Shown here in pieces: positions 40,689 to 54,130 of a stretch of 64,000 bases of DNA (the first letter of the stretch is position 1; the number at the start of each line of letters is the position of its first letter). Below the pieces are notes generated by a model that was not told the origin of the DNA, made no database searches, and saw only the letters and a list, made by a program, of their open reading frames with translations. The DNA comes from Eledone cirrhosa (taxonomy: Eukaryota). Both the position numbers and the translations under genes were made by a program. The DNA is taken from assembly GCA_964016885.1 (NCBI GenBank), contig OZ024745.1, positions 44,144,001 through 44,208,000 of the forward strand. Direction: 5' to 3'.

Positions 40689-42738
40689 TCCAGTTTTCTC
40701 CACCTATTTCTGTCCCTTCACACCTCCCCTTCCTCTCACTACAACAACTCTACCACTCTCTATATCTGTCACTATCTTATTCTCACCGCTCTCTCTATGT
40801 CTATCACCATCTCTTTCTCACCATTCCTTCTCTCCCATTTTAGAGTGCACTATTAAACAGACGTTATCAACCTTTCCCCTTACGGTCCTTTACCTTTCTA
40901 TCTTACCTCTCTTTCTAGTTCCTTCCTCTTGTTCTCTACCTCATATACTACTTTATCCTTGATTAATTCTTTGCGCTGTTTTACAGATTCGCTAAATGTA
41001 TTACTTCTCTCTATCTCGTTCACATACACTCTCTCTCTTTCTCTGCACTAAACATCTCCCTTCTATTACTATTTGACAATTCTTCTCTCTTCCTCCTTTC
41101 TCATTACTCGATCTATCTATTTACCCATTACTACGTCTCTCTCCCTCTCAGAATGCTGTTTCTTTTTGCCGTTTCCCTTACTGACCTCCTTCTTTCTTAC
41201 CTTTCACTCCTCCTCTCTTGACTTCTAGAGCAAACACATCCTTTCTAATCTTGTCTATAATCGTTCTCTTTTCTTCTGTTGCTTATTCTTTTTCTTATAT
41301 ATATATATTAATTCATATATATATTTATGTGTGTGTGTGTGTGTATGTGAATATGTATTCTTGTCTCTAAGTCAAGTTTCTTGCCGGAGAAACAGTTGAA
41401 AGGCAAAATACTGACCGAAAAAAATCCACATAATTCTCCGGTTTTCTCCTCTCAAAATGTTCGATATAGTTACCAGGAGCCAACTCCGTCAGTTCAGCGA
41501 GGCCTGCTGTTACCTAATTTCATTTTTTAACCCTGACTGACATCTTTTTTTTCGTGTTTTTATTTTTCATATTTTATTTTTCTTTACAATTTTCTAACTA
41601 ATTTGATTGTTTTTCTGTTTCATTGTTTTTTTACCTCTTCAATTTCTAATTATCGTAATAGGTTGAACGTTTAATACTTTTGCATTTACTTCTCTGAAGT
41701 CCTGAGGAATTTTTATTATGTTTATTATCAGGTACTCCATGCAAACACGCTCATCTAAGAGAATGAGTAAACGTAATTCACTCAAGGATCTTTTACTATG
41801 TAATTAATTGTCTTTTGCGTCATTTATTTCTAATCTAAAATATTTTCCCAGTAACATTTTCACGCGTGTATGCTAATGCGCACGAGTGATTAGTATTCTA
41901 ATGATTAAAGTTCTATTTCTAAATGAAAGCAATTTCATTTTTTTTTTCTGACAGGCCATATAAATACTTTAGCTCTCGTATGGCTTACACATTTCACGCT
42001 GCAGAAAATGAATAAAAATACTGTATAAGTTTATTTCAATAGAACGTTTACAAAAAATCACAATTTATATACATTAAAAAAAAATTGGGAGAAGACACAC
42101 ACACAAGGGGCGCTGGAGTTTCCCCTTCTAATAACATTTAAGGCAAGCCAATAGTCACAGCATTGCCGCGGGTGATAGCGAGGCTAAGATGCTGGAATAA
42201 CGAAGTACCCTCGGGGGCAATTGGGTTGCTACGTATATTCACTAGTACAAACGGTTACGCAACTTTTCACTAATACAAATGGAATTATAAATACCAGGTC
42301 AAAATAGCTGCAAGACAAGGAAGCAAATTAGCTATCATTTAATGTGATAATTTAAAGCTTTGATAAGAAAAATCTTCAAAACTTCGTGATTTTTGTATTT
42401 TAGAGATGGTTAATTCGGACTATTCGTTTTTTTTTTGTCTTTTCTTTGTTTAGTTTTCAAAAGTTTCTTCTGAATGCTCTTCATTGTATACGTTAGTTTC
42501 GTTTTTTTTTTTATTTTAGTTGTATACACATTTTTTTGTATTATATTTTCAAGAGAGGTTTTGTTTTTGCTTTGAAACATATCTATGTCTATCGTGGGAT
42601 TATATATATATATGTGTGTTTGTGTGTATCGGATTACCTTAAAACATACGCACATATAAATCACCTAAAGTTTGTATAAGCACATATACATATATGTGGA
42701 TTCCTTCGATAGTATGATCGGATTACCTACACACGCAA

Positions 42739-42798
<60 letters not shown>

Positions 42799-43464
42799 CT
42801 GTGTATTATATATATATGTTTGTGTGTGTCTGTAAATACACATGCATATTATTTTTACTGGTTCCAGTCATAAAACTGTGGTCATACTGGAGCTCGGCTA
42901 TATATATATATATATAATGTCTGTATAAAGCGCAAAGTTTGTCTTGAAACAACGTTGCTATTTCTTGACGCAACCACACAAAATTTGGCACCGAGATCAA
43001 GATCTATCCAAAAATATTGCACGAAAAAGAATCCACGCTCCCAAATTCGTTGAACGGGTATTTTATATAAAAAGTAATGCAGAAAGAATGAACATACTAT
43101 TGGAGTGGGAATAGCTCTGGGAGAGAATGGAGTGACAATTTAAACAAGCGTTATTTGCAGCTCTCTGCATGCTGCATGATCTCTCTCTCTCTCTCTCAGA
43201 CGACGGTGTGTATGTTTCATCATCGTTTCAGGGCATGTTTCTTCAGCCAGGTGCCCTTCCTGACACTACTGTAAAGTGGTTGGTGTTAGGGAGGGCATCC
43301 ACCTATCGAAACCAATCCAAAACAAAACGTACGTATAGATCAGGTTTCAGGATGTGACAGCCGTCGTCTAACCTACTATTCAAGCATGGAAAATAAAATG
43401 GATGTTAAACATTGATGATCTATATATAATGTAATTATGATATATATATATATATATATATATA

Positions 43465-43940
43465 CAAATGCCAACTACATTACAGTGTGGACTGGGTGCT
43501 TTTTATTTTTATACATACATACAATCATCTCACAACAGACAATGTGTGTGTTTCATCATCTTGTTTTTTATGATGACCTTTCTATGCTGGAATGAGTTGG
43601 ATGAGACTTTATGAGGCAGTGTTTTACAGCTTGATGCCCTTCATGACACTAACTGTTTTAGATGTTTCTTACATGTAGGTGTATCTATTTTAAACTGGAT
43701 ACAGTTATATATATATACGTGTATATATATATATATACGTATATATATATATACGTATATATATATATATATATATACGTATATATATTTATATATATAT
43801 ATATATATATATACGTATATATATATATATACGTATATATATATATATATACGTATATATATATATATATACGTATATATATATATATATATACGTATAT
43901 ATATATATATATACGTATATATATATATATATATATATAC

Positions 43941-43972
<32 letters not shown>

Positions 43973-44094
43973 GTATATATATATATATGTATATATATAT
44001 ATACGTATATATATATATATATACGTATATATATATATATACATATATATATACACACACATATATATATATATATACATATATATATACATAC

Positions 44095-44190
<96 letters not shown>

Positions 44191-44384
44191 CTGTATCCAG
44201 TTTAAAATAGATACACCTACATCTAAAAACTGCCTCATAAAGTCTCATCCAACTCATTCCAGCATAGAAAAGTCATCATAAAAAACAAGATGATGCAACA
44301 CACACATTGTCTGTTGTGAGATGATTGTATGTATGTATCAAAATAAAAAGCACCCAGTCCACACTGTAATGTAGTTGGCATTTG
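43465..44384. repeat. Long inverted repeat (arms 43465-43706 and 44189-44384) around a ~480-bp interrupted (TA)n tract
   Basis: The left arm caaatgccaactacattacagtgtggactgggtgc...aaactggatacagtt is the reverse complement of aactgtatccagttt...gcacccagtccacactgtaatgtagttggcatttg; a few substitutions, and two deletions in the right arm. Confidence 0.95.
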
Positions 44385-45339
44385 GAAAAGCATTCAGCCA
44401 TAGAAATCAAGCCTAAACTGATCTTCCTATGAAGAAGACCTAGTCACCTGACCTGACTTCTTTCATGAGTTAGACAGCCCATCTAATTCATGCAATCATG
44501 GAAGATAGACATTAAAGGATGATGAAGATGATATATACATAGAGAAAACTGGACAAACAACATTTTTTCATTACAGACGTGAAGCTACATCAGTGACTCA
44601 AGGACTTTTGTGTACATAAAAAGCTTATGAAACTTGACAATTACTCTAGTGTATTTAAGTCATTTATCATCATCATTAGCATTTTATGTGGGGTTTTTTA
44701 ATGTTGGCATAGGTGTTACAGGTCATCATGGTCTAAGATGAGACAATTTAGACAATTTCAAGAGCCATACATTTCATTTTTGGCATGATTTCTGCAACTG
44801 GATGCCCTTCTTAATGCCAACCATCTTACAGAGTGTAATTGGTAAGTTTGCCTTGGATCTTGTGAGGCTGGGGGGCTGTACTCATTTGATGTTGCCAGGA
44901 GATAAATAAAAGAGGGAGTATGACAGAGGTTGCAGGGTGAGTAGGGAAAGGGGTGTAAGAGCATGGTGGATGTGAGAATATACTGATATACTGATTCATA
45001 CATAAATACGTACCAGTAATTGAAAGCCAATATGTGTTTGTTAACTTAAATTTACCAGAAAATATAAAATCTCTACATATTCAACACCACATGGACTCCA
45101 TAAGCTGTAGTGAGAGCAACCCATCTAGGAGAATAGAAACTAGGGTGGAGAAGACCCTCAAGTCCAATAAGACAATTTCTTTAGTGCTGATGGCACGAAT
45201 AACGCACCCAGTCCACACTGTAAAGTGGTTGGTGATAGGAAGGGCAGCCAGCCAGAAAAACCCTGCCAAAACTATGGAAAGAACAACAAATAAGATTAAC
45301 ATTGATGATATGTGTTTTTGTGTGTCAGGTCAGCAATTA

Positions 45340-45790
45340 AACTGGCCTAATCAGCAATGTAGATGGGTGTTCTGAAAACCTAGTAACTAGAGGAAGAACA
45401 GGGTTGGAAAACATTCAAGGACTTATTATCTCCGTTGGCAACAAATGGTTTCTCTCTGAGTGAAGAGTAGACTACAATGCTTATGTACAAACTGCAAATC
45501 TACACAGCAGCAAAACATGGGCATTGAATGTAAAAGACTTTTGAAGACTAGATAGAAAAGAAATGAACATACTACAGTGGATGCATATGTGAAAGAATGA
45601 TGAAGCATAAATGAGTTTAGAGAAAAACTGGATATAAGAAGAATCAGAAGCAATGTGCAAGGAAACTGCACTAGCATTGGTATGTGATGCGTATGGAAGA
45701 TGACAGCTATATAAAGAGGTGAAGGACGTTCAGGGTGTTTGGAATGTATGAAAGGAGTAAACCCAGAAAGACATGGGATAAAGTGGTGAA
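45340..45790 (+). mobile_element. Degenerate RTE LINE 3' fragment
   Basis: Homologous to 3030-3470 (agaacagggttggaaaacattcaaggacttattatctccgttggcaacaaatgg...agaaaaactggatataagaagaatcag...agaaagacatgggat). Confidence 0.75.
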
Positions 45791-47671
45791 TCTCACAACA
45801 CAGTCTCCATTACTCCAACTAGCACTCTCTCTCCCACACCACATTCCTTATACATCTCTGATCCCTTTAACCACCACACCCTTTCTATTTCCAATCTTGA
45901 TCGAGTTTGACTTAGAAAAGACCACCTCCCTAGTATTGGTGTCCCTACAAAATGCACTCAGTACACTCTGTAAAGTGGTTGGCATTTGAATAGTCATGAC
46001 ATACGGAAGCCTCTTCAGTCACATTAGGATCCTGATAACCTCTCTAATGTTGGTGCCATGATAAAATACACCTATTACACTCTGTAAAGAGGTTAGGCAA
46101 TCAAACAGTGACACTAAGGTAGAAAGGACTCTTTAGGCATGTCAAGGAGTAGAGACATTTTCTATTAATGTCAATAAAATGCACTCTGTAAAGTGGTTGG
46201 TGCTAGGAAGGGCATGCAGCTGAAGAAACCATGCTAAAAACTGGAATGTATGAATGTGATGTGATCCCCTGACCCTCTTTCACTCTCTATGTGGAAGAAA
46301 TCTGCTGTGTTCAGATTTGGTGAGAAGTTGGGCTCTGCTAGGTTTAAAAATGCATAACAAACACTGTATGTCAATATGGCACCCCTACAGCTCCATCAGG
46401 AGTTACAGATTCATACACATACACTTATTTTATCAATCTCTTTTTTGTTAAACTACTAAATTACAGGACATAAACACAAGCATGAACAGACACATATGCA
46501 TACATACATGACATTCTTCTACAGTTTCTATCTACCAAATTCCACTCACACCACATTGGTCAACCTGAAGCTATAGTGGAAGACATATGCACAAGGTACT
46601 GCACAGTGGGACTGAACCTGGAACCACACAATTGCAAAGCAAACTTTTTAACCACATAGTTTGCAACTCATCCTAAATTATCTTATTGGTGAAAAACCAT
46701 ATTTTTCCAGTTTTATTGTATTGTTGTCTATATTAATATACCTAAAACAAAAGATTACCATAATAAAAATATTAAACAATATAATGAGTGATTGGTCATG
46801 GTTGAAACATACTTCTGTTATTTCTTAATGAAAGTTGTCTATTGGAAGAAAACATTCTAAGAATAAATTCTTGTAGCAGCATATGTACACCTCCCTGCAT
46901 ACAAAAGGATGACTGTATGATGCCTGTGTGCAAATTATGATGTTGCATGGTAATGAAACATGGGCAGTGACTGCAGAAGACATGCATAGACTGAAGAGAA
47001 ATGAAGCAGCGATGCTCTCGGCACCATAGTGTCCAAAAAGAGGACAATTTTAAAGGCCATTGGTTTAATGTTTCTGGGCCACCTAATTATTTTATATACA
47101 AGGATTCCAACCCCCAAAACACAGTCTGCTTTTTGACTCTGCAACAGACAGCTCATTTGGTCAGCCTTGTAATGTAGCTATACACACTTGCTAGCCAGCC
47201 CTGCTGTGATCAGCACTAGTTGAACTTGCTAACAGGTTAGTAAAATTGTTACAAATGTTACAAATAAAAATATTAAAATAAGTGATATATTGTTCATTTA
47301 TTAATTCTTATCCTTGTGATTTGGGGACATCATCTTCCTCATGGTAATATATATCACTTCACACCACAACAAGCAAGTACAACTACTTGTTTCCTTGAAC
47401 ATGGCAACATTTCTCTTGACTCACATGCTATTACTCGACCAACAAGCAACACACTCATCAACTTGGCACTTCATCACTACTACTGCAAATGAACAAATCC
47501 ACCAGACAACCAATCACCAAACCTAACATACATTTATACCCTGCTAAATATATATATAAATATATATATATGTGTGTGTGTGAGGAAGGCCAGTAGCTCA
47601 GCTTCTCTACTGACTTGATCAGTCCAACTCTTGCTAGCAGGGAAAGCAGGCGTTACTCAATATATATATAT

Positions 47672-47976
47672 TGGCGCATGGTTTAGTTGTTAGAATGTTG
47701 GGCTTACAATCATGAGGTTGTGAATTTGATTGCTGGACTGGGCAATGACACTTTATTTCATGTTGCTCCAGTTCACTTAGTTGTAGGAATGGTGCCGAGC
47801 TATAACAGCCTTTGCCTTTCCCATGGACATTGGTGAGGTGGAGAGAAAAGAGCGATATACAGGGGTGATTGCTGGTCTTTCATAAACAACTTTGCACGGC
47901 CTTGTGCCTTGGGGGGGGGGGACTTTCTAGGCACAAATCCCATGGTCATACATGACCGAATGGGCTCTTTACCCTT
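47672..47976 (+). mobile_element. tRNA-derived SINE, near full length, between TA tracts
   Basis: Head ggcgcatggtttagttgttagaatg...gacactttatttcatgttgctccagttcac is homologous to the 7788-7955 SINE; ends tttaccctt. Confidence 0.8.
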
Positions 47977-48399
47977 ATATATATATATAATACAAGGACG
48001 ATTTGCGCCCCTGGGTGAACCTAAAGTAACTTCACGTTACACTCCCTGGATATATATATATATAAATACTTTCTGCATTAAGTAGTCCTTTTCTCCTTCT
48101 TCAAGTTATTTATGGCTGTGTGGTTAAAGAATTCTCTTCATAACTATGTGGTTTTAGGTTCAACCCCACAGCGAGGAACCTTAGGCCAAAGTCTTTTTCA
48201 TAGCCTTAGGTTTATCAATCACTTATAAGTAAAATTTGCTAAACATATATATGTGTCCTTGTTCGTTTATTTCCCACAAACTAGCGGTTCGACAAAAAGA
48301 GACTGATAAAATAAATACCAAACTTGAAAAAATAGGTACTAGAGTTAAATATGATCGACTGAATGTCATAGACAAAGTTCAGTGACTGAAACGAGTAAA

Positions 48400-49015
48400 T
48401 TATATATATATATATATAGGCATAAATATATATACTAACACACATATAACGAAGGAAATGTGGTAAGGAACCAGATGGACCATAACGCACCAAAGTACTC
48501 AATACTTAGGGTAGTAGAGTGGGTAATAGGAACGAGTAGGACCCCGACGGCTGAGCTCAAACCGTTTCGACGGCTAATTCTGTACTAACACACATATATA
48601 TAGATACACTCACACAGATATAGGGGGGGGGGGGGGTGAAAGAAAAGGAAAGAGTTAATTTTCATGAAATCTCCATTTGACCGCTGGACAAACGTGTTAT
48701 ATCTAACATGGCCAAATCGTAGCGGCTTTGGTGACGTATTAGAGCGCCAAACTGCTGACAACGATGGGATTACGCTGGTAAAAACCATCGTGATGTATGG
48801 AAGCCTCTTTTAAACATATCTCATTTGTTTCGTTCCAATATCACATGCTTACTGGAACACCGTTTATATATCTAACTTAGTTTCATAAAGAAAAAAATGT
48901 TAGATAACGCATTACAACGTTCATGGATCACGCTCATATTTACGTCGGAAAAGTCAGTACTTCAGTACTTTTGTATGGAGATTTGTTCATATAAACTCTC
49001 ATCTATTATATAGTC

Positions 49016-49074
<59 letters not shown>

Positions 49075-50300
49075 CATAGAAATATATATATAAGTGTGTG
49101 TGTATATGTGAGTGTGTACTCATATTACTAGATGTCTCCTAAAAGATGTTTTCTTTTTTTGTTTTTCTCTCTCTCTCCGATGACCAAAATGGCGGAAATA
49201 AAACGGTTTTATAAATTGGATATTTATCAACTACGATCCACTAGTATTAAACAAGCTGCCGTCGCCACCACTGACAACCTTACCATCATCAATACAGTGT
49301 TTGCCATTTGCATAGAAGAGTGGCGATACCTAAGTTGGTTTATCTACAGTAGCTTACTGGAGACTGTCAACTAACACTTCAAGTAGACGATAAAAATCAA
49401 TAATTTCCTCCTAGAAGGCAATGGAGAACGAAAATTAAAAGCTGTCTTTATTAATTAATGTATTCCTCGCTATCCTGATAAATAATATACCATTTAATTC
49501 CAATTATATAAAGAATATTAATTTTTAAAAATCTCCATTTTAAATCTTTATTTACATCTATTTATTCAGTAGTTCTATTTAAAAAATTCTAAAAGTTATC
49601 AGGTTAGATATTAATATGAAGGCTTATATTTTGCGTTTGATACACCTCTAATTGATTTGGCATCTGAGAAACATTTAAATAAAATCCTGTGTGTACGTGT
49701 GTTCGCTCGTGTATATGTATATAAGTAAGTGCGAGTGCACATAACTAGAGTAAACGCATGTGCATAAAGCAAAGTTTCAGGTGTCGCAGACGTAGTGTTT
49801 TTTAAATAGCGGCTTTTGCTTCACAACAGTCGGATACATCATAACATCATTTAATGCGAATTCTGTTTACATCAACGAAGTTTTATTAATATCTTAAAGT
49901 CGAGGTATGAATATAATTGCTACAATCGAAACAACTCCCAAAAAATAGAGAATGAAAAGTTGACCACACAAAAACTGCATTTTTCACTATCTGCAGCAAA
50001 TTAATCGAGATGTCACTTTGGCAAATCTACGTACTTTAACCCAATTCTTAAACCCGGAAGTGACCTCAAAGTACGCTAGCAACGTATGTTTAATAACATA
50101 GAACTTACTGCGGGATATGTTTGGAACTGAATAAAATTTGTACACGTTCTCTAGAGTAATACTACAACTATATTTTATTTTCTGTTTAATAATGTAAAGG
50201 GAATTAACTGTTTCAAGTAAAATAAAATCTCTTTAATTTATCATAAAGTTATTTCCGGTAGTCAAAGTGGCTCCTGATGTTGGGACCTAAGCAATTCTGA
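48400..50300. promoter_or_regulatory. CpG-retaining island with housekeeping-promoter motifs; no associated CDS found
   Basis: YY1 motif CAAAATGGCGG at 49185-49195; ETS/GABP motifs CCGGAAGTG at 50054-50062 and ATTTCCGGT at 50251-50259; CpG visibly denser than in both flanks. Confidence 0.5.
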
Positions 50301-51860
50301 AATTGTGATTTCAGCTAAATTTTCATACACACACACACACACACACATGCATAGATATGATGGCTTTTTAAAGTCTTTTGTCTTTTGACAGACCTTACAA
50401 ACGATCTCCAGTATATTCTGATGTATAGCATTGTCATTTTAATCCATCTATAGATTTGCAAACCTCCCGCAAGTACAGATTGCACAAGTCATTGTCATAA
50501 ACATGCTGTCGTCAACGTTTTGTCTGACAAATGAGACCAACCTTGGAAAGAGATATACAACCATAAATATCACAAAGTTTACTTCATCCACTTCCAGTCA
50601 TTCTTCATACACATTCCATGTCCATACCATTGCAGTTTACTCTTCTGACCTCTTTTATACCTAGGCCCAGTTTTGTTAGCGACTAATGAGACCAGCCTTG
50701 GAAAGAGATATACAACCACAAATATAACAAAGTTTACTACATTCAATTTATAGATTGTGTATTTTTGTGCAGCTTGCTTATATTCTGTATGAGAAATGCA
50801 TGATTTATCAAAAACATTTACATCATCTTTTCTCCATTGGTGGCAATGAAAAACATTTCATTTCCAATTGATCACACTCATTTCAAATGCTTTCAAATAG
50901 GACCCAAGTGCCCCAAAACAGAGAGAAATGAGGCAAAATGGGGAGATTTTACATAATGAAAACTGTACCTATTTTCACATGAGAAGATATCTCTCACTCA
51001 CCACAAAGTGGGTGGGAGATCTCGTCGGATGGGGAGAGTTGACAGGTCTGTGATTTCCACATATAAGCTCAGTCTACAGTAAATAGCTTCAGTATCCTTT
51101 TATCATACATTTGTATAAGGAGTACAGTCCAATATAAATGGTGCATCTATATCACTGCTTCAATGCACAAGATATTGGCTTCCAACAAAATCTGTGTATG
51201 GAGTTGCAAAATCATCTAATCAGAATATGTTTTCACCTTTTTTCATATCAATCTACCAAAAACTGCTATTGGGTATATAAAAACAAAACCACCTACTTTA
51301 AAGAGTTCTTATTTAAATTATAATTTACCAAAAAATTTGTTAAGTTATGTGACAAATATCATCATCATCATCATCATTTAACATCTGCTTTTCCTGCTAG
51401 CAAGGGTTGGGCAGGTGTACATAGACCAAGTTAGTACTGAAGCAGGGCTACAGATCTTCCAGACAAGTTGGGCAGGGAAGGTCTGCATCTCACATCTGTA
51501 TGGCCTTACATTCTATCAAGTTCATGGGGGAGTTTGTCATGCCTTTGACACAGGGGTTTAGTTTGTGGGAGGACATGAGGGAAGAAAGTAGCTACTAGAG
51601 TGCAATCGTGAGGGTATCAAAGGGCTTTTGATGGGGGCAGGAGGAAGCAGCTAAGGGGTGAATACTGGGTGGGCTGGTATAATGATGCCATAGGCAACTC
51701 TGCCTTTCATCCATTTCAGGTCAATAAAAAAAGTACTAGTCCAGTATTGGGGTCGATTCTTCCTCTATATCTCTTTCTCACTTCCTCTCTCTCACTTTCC
51801 ATCCTTCTCTGTAAGAAAGCTACTGTAGTCAGGCCTGGAGAGGGATGGGCTCTGCCAGGC

Positions 51861-52089
51861 TTAACCCTTTAGCATTTACATTAATCTATATTTACTATTG
51901 TATTTTCACAGTAAAGGCTTTGTCTCACATAATTATCTCACATAATATCAAATCTATGAGATTTTGATATTATTTATTTTGAAAACAATACTTTAAAGTC
52001 GGATTGTGGGGCCAGTTATGGTCGGTTTGAACAGAAAGAGGTGAGAGAATTCTGGCCAGATGTGGCTGGTTTAAATGCTAAAGGGTTAA
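51861..52089. mobile_element. piggyBac-like MITE with TTAA TSD
   Basis: TTAA-ccctttagcattta ... taaatgctaaaggg-TTAA: perfect 14-bp TIRs. Confidence 0.9.
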
Positions 52090-52639
52090 CATGCCCAAGA
52101 AATGTTGTGTGTCAGTACAGTGCCCATACAACTCCATCATTATTTTTGACTTGTATGATTTCATACATTGAGCTTATCAATTCTCTCTCTCTCTATATAT
52201 ATATGTATATATATATATATATTTATATATATAATTCAAGAAAGAAGAGTGACATGGTTTCCTATACAATAAGGGCTTTATTCACTACACGGAATACTCC
52301 AACTGGACTACATCTAAGTGGACTGCCTTCGCTATTGAAACTACACATTGAGTGCTCACTCTGGTGTACCTACAGTAACTAGACGTTACATTCCCTAGAT
52401 ATCTATATATATATATATATATTGAAAATCCACCAGGTGAAATGTGTGCCCTCGAGTATGGTTTGCTAATTTGTTGTGGAACTATCTCTCTCTATATATA
52501 TATATGTATGTATACTACAATACATCTCATCTGACACTCTAAGAATTTAGCCACTCTATTGTCCTAAACTGGTTCTTTATTTTATTGACACGGAAAGGAA
52601 TTTTACCTCAGTGAGATTTGAACACATGTATTGTGTCCT

Positions 52640-54130
52640 ATGCTCTAATGACTCTGCTAATTTGGACAATATGCAACCTCAAAGACAATGATTGAAAAAT
52701 TAGATCGTAAGATCTTCACATCAACAGTTCCAAATGCAAGCTCTGGTCCCTCAACCACCCAACTTCACATCAGCAGATTGTAAACCTGTTTACAGAGACC
52801 TCCTCTATCGTGGTTTCTTCCTCATCAGTGTGGTGCTCCCTTGGAGCCGCAATTACTGACTAAGCCTTTGAATCCATCTTTCATTAAGCAACTTTTAAAA
52901 AACCTCAAGGATATTGAGCTTCACCAGGGTTTTTTATACTTAAGAATTACTTGTCGATTCCTAAATTCTATTTTCTCAGAGTTAGCCCCTCTTACAGATT
53001 CTCGTCATCTCACCAATGCTTTGATGACTTAATCTTCAGTGAACTCAAGGGCTTGGTCAATATCAGACTCTCTCCAGAGTCCCGCAACCAGGTTACCCTA
53101 CCCAAACTGTTTGGAGGTCTTGGTCTGTATAAATGCTCATCTCTGTCTCTACCTTGCTTTCTTTCCTCCATCCATACTTGCTCCCCTTTAGTAGGTGACA
53201 TCTTCTCTTTTCCAACATGGACTAGTTCCACCAGGGAGATGAATGAAGCTTTACTACAGTGGAGAGAGCTGGGTTTGTCAGTTCCTGATACTGATGAGGA
53301 TAGATGGATGCAGAGAGTATGGGACAATCTGCACTTGAGTGACACCTTCAACTTTCTCTTTGATCAATTTTCAAGGCGTTGTTTACTTTCTGCAAGCACA
53401 AAATTCTTGGGGGACTGGATTGATGCCCTGCTTTGTGGCCAACATTGGTGGTCTTCTCAGTCTGGACAAGCTCTGCATCTTCATTGCTATCTGAGTGTCT
53501 GTGGGGGTCTGAGATGTTACTGTGGTAGGGCCCTTGAATCCACTGGCCTCCATGTTTTGTCTTGCCACCTGAATGCTGGTCACTTTGCCTGCCACATCAA
53601 GGTAAACCTAATCAGTAAGCAGGCCCTCACTCAGGCAAATATCCCCTCAGTTTTGGAGCCAGCTGGATTATCCAGAATTGATGGGAAGAGACCAGATAAT
53701 CTTATCCTTTGTTCCTGGGTAAAGGACAGATGTCTCATCTGGGATGCCACAGTCAGTGATTCTTTCGCTCATATCATGTATGCCAAGGTAAATGTGAGGG
53801 CCACTACTTCTGTTGCTGAACAGAATAAAATCCTAAAATACCGAGAACTATCAAATTACTATTTTTTGCAGCCAGTGACGTTCGACACGTTTGATGGAGT
53901 TGGGCCGCTGACAGCGAAGTTCTTGTCATCGTTAGAGGCTTGTCGTGCCGGGGTATCAGTCAGGTGATGCCCGTGAGGGTGCTTGGTTGTTTCAGCGCCT
54001 TGTCCTCGCCATCACCCGCGGCAATTCTGCGAGCGTGTTGGTTTGGCTCCAAAATGTCCGTTGAAACTTATGGTGTGCGACCGATTTACGCATTTGGTGG
54101 TGAATTGATGAGTTTTCTCTCGCTTTGATC
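52640..54130 (+). mobile_element. CRE-clade RLE non-LTR retrotransposon, 5'-truncated pseudogene
   Basis: QVTLPKLFGGLGL...SLPCFLSS; CYCG...GLHVLSC zinc knuckle; LEPAGLSRIDGKRPD...LIWDATV; AEQNKILKY; and after a frameshift WLFQRLVLAITRGNSASVL (stop 54062-64). Compensating frameshifts near 53430-53500. Confidence 0.9.

Noticed and set aside
43641-44257. Several 150-190-aa YI-rich ORFs
   Set aside because: Translations of a TA microsatellite; the same applies to ORFs at 7948, 30967, 42672 and 62748-63053.
49132-49374. 80-aa ORF overlapping AAAATGGCGG as a first coding exon
   Set aside because: No recognisable domain and no convincing splice donor; better explained as a YY1 motif.
52951-53967. 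338-aa ORF as an intact nuclease gene
   Set aside because: Open only through compensating frameshifts; conserved residues are decayed and the C-terminus is out of frame.
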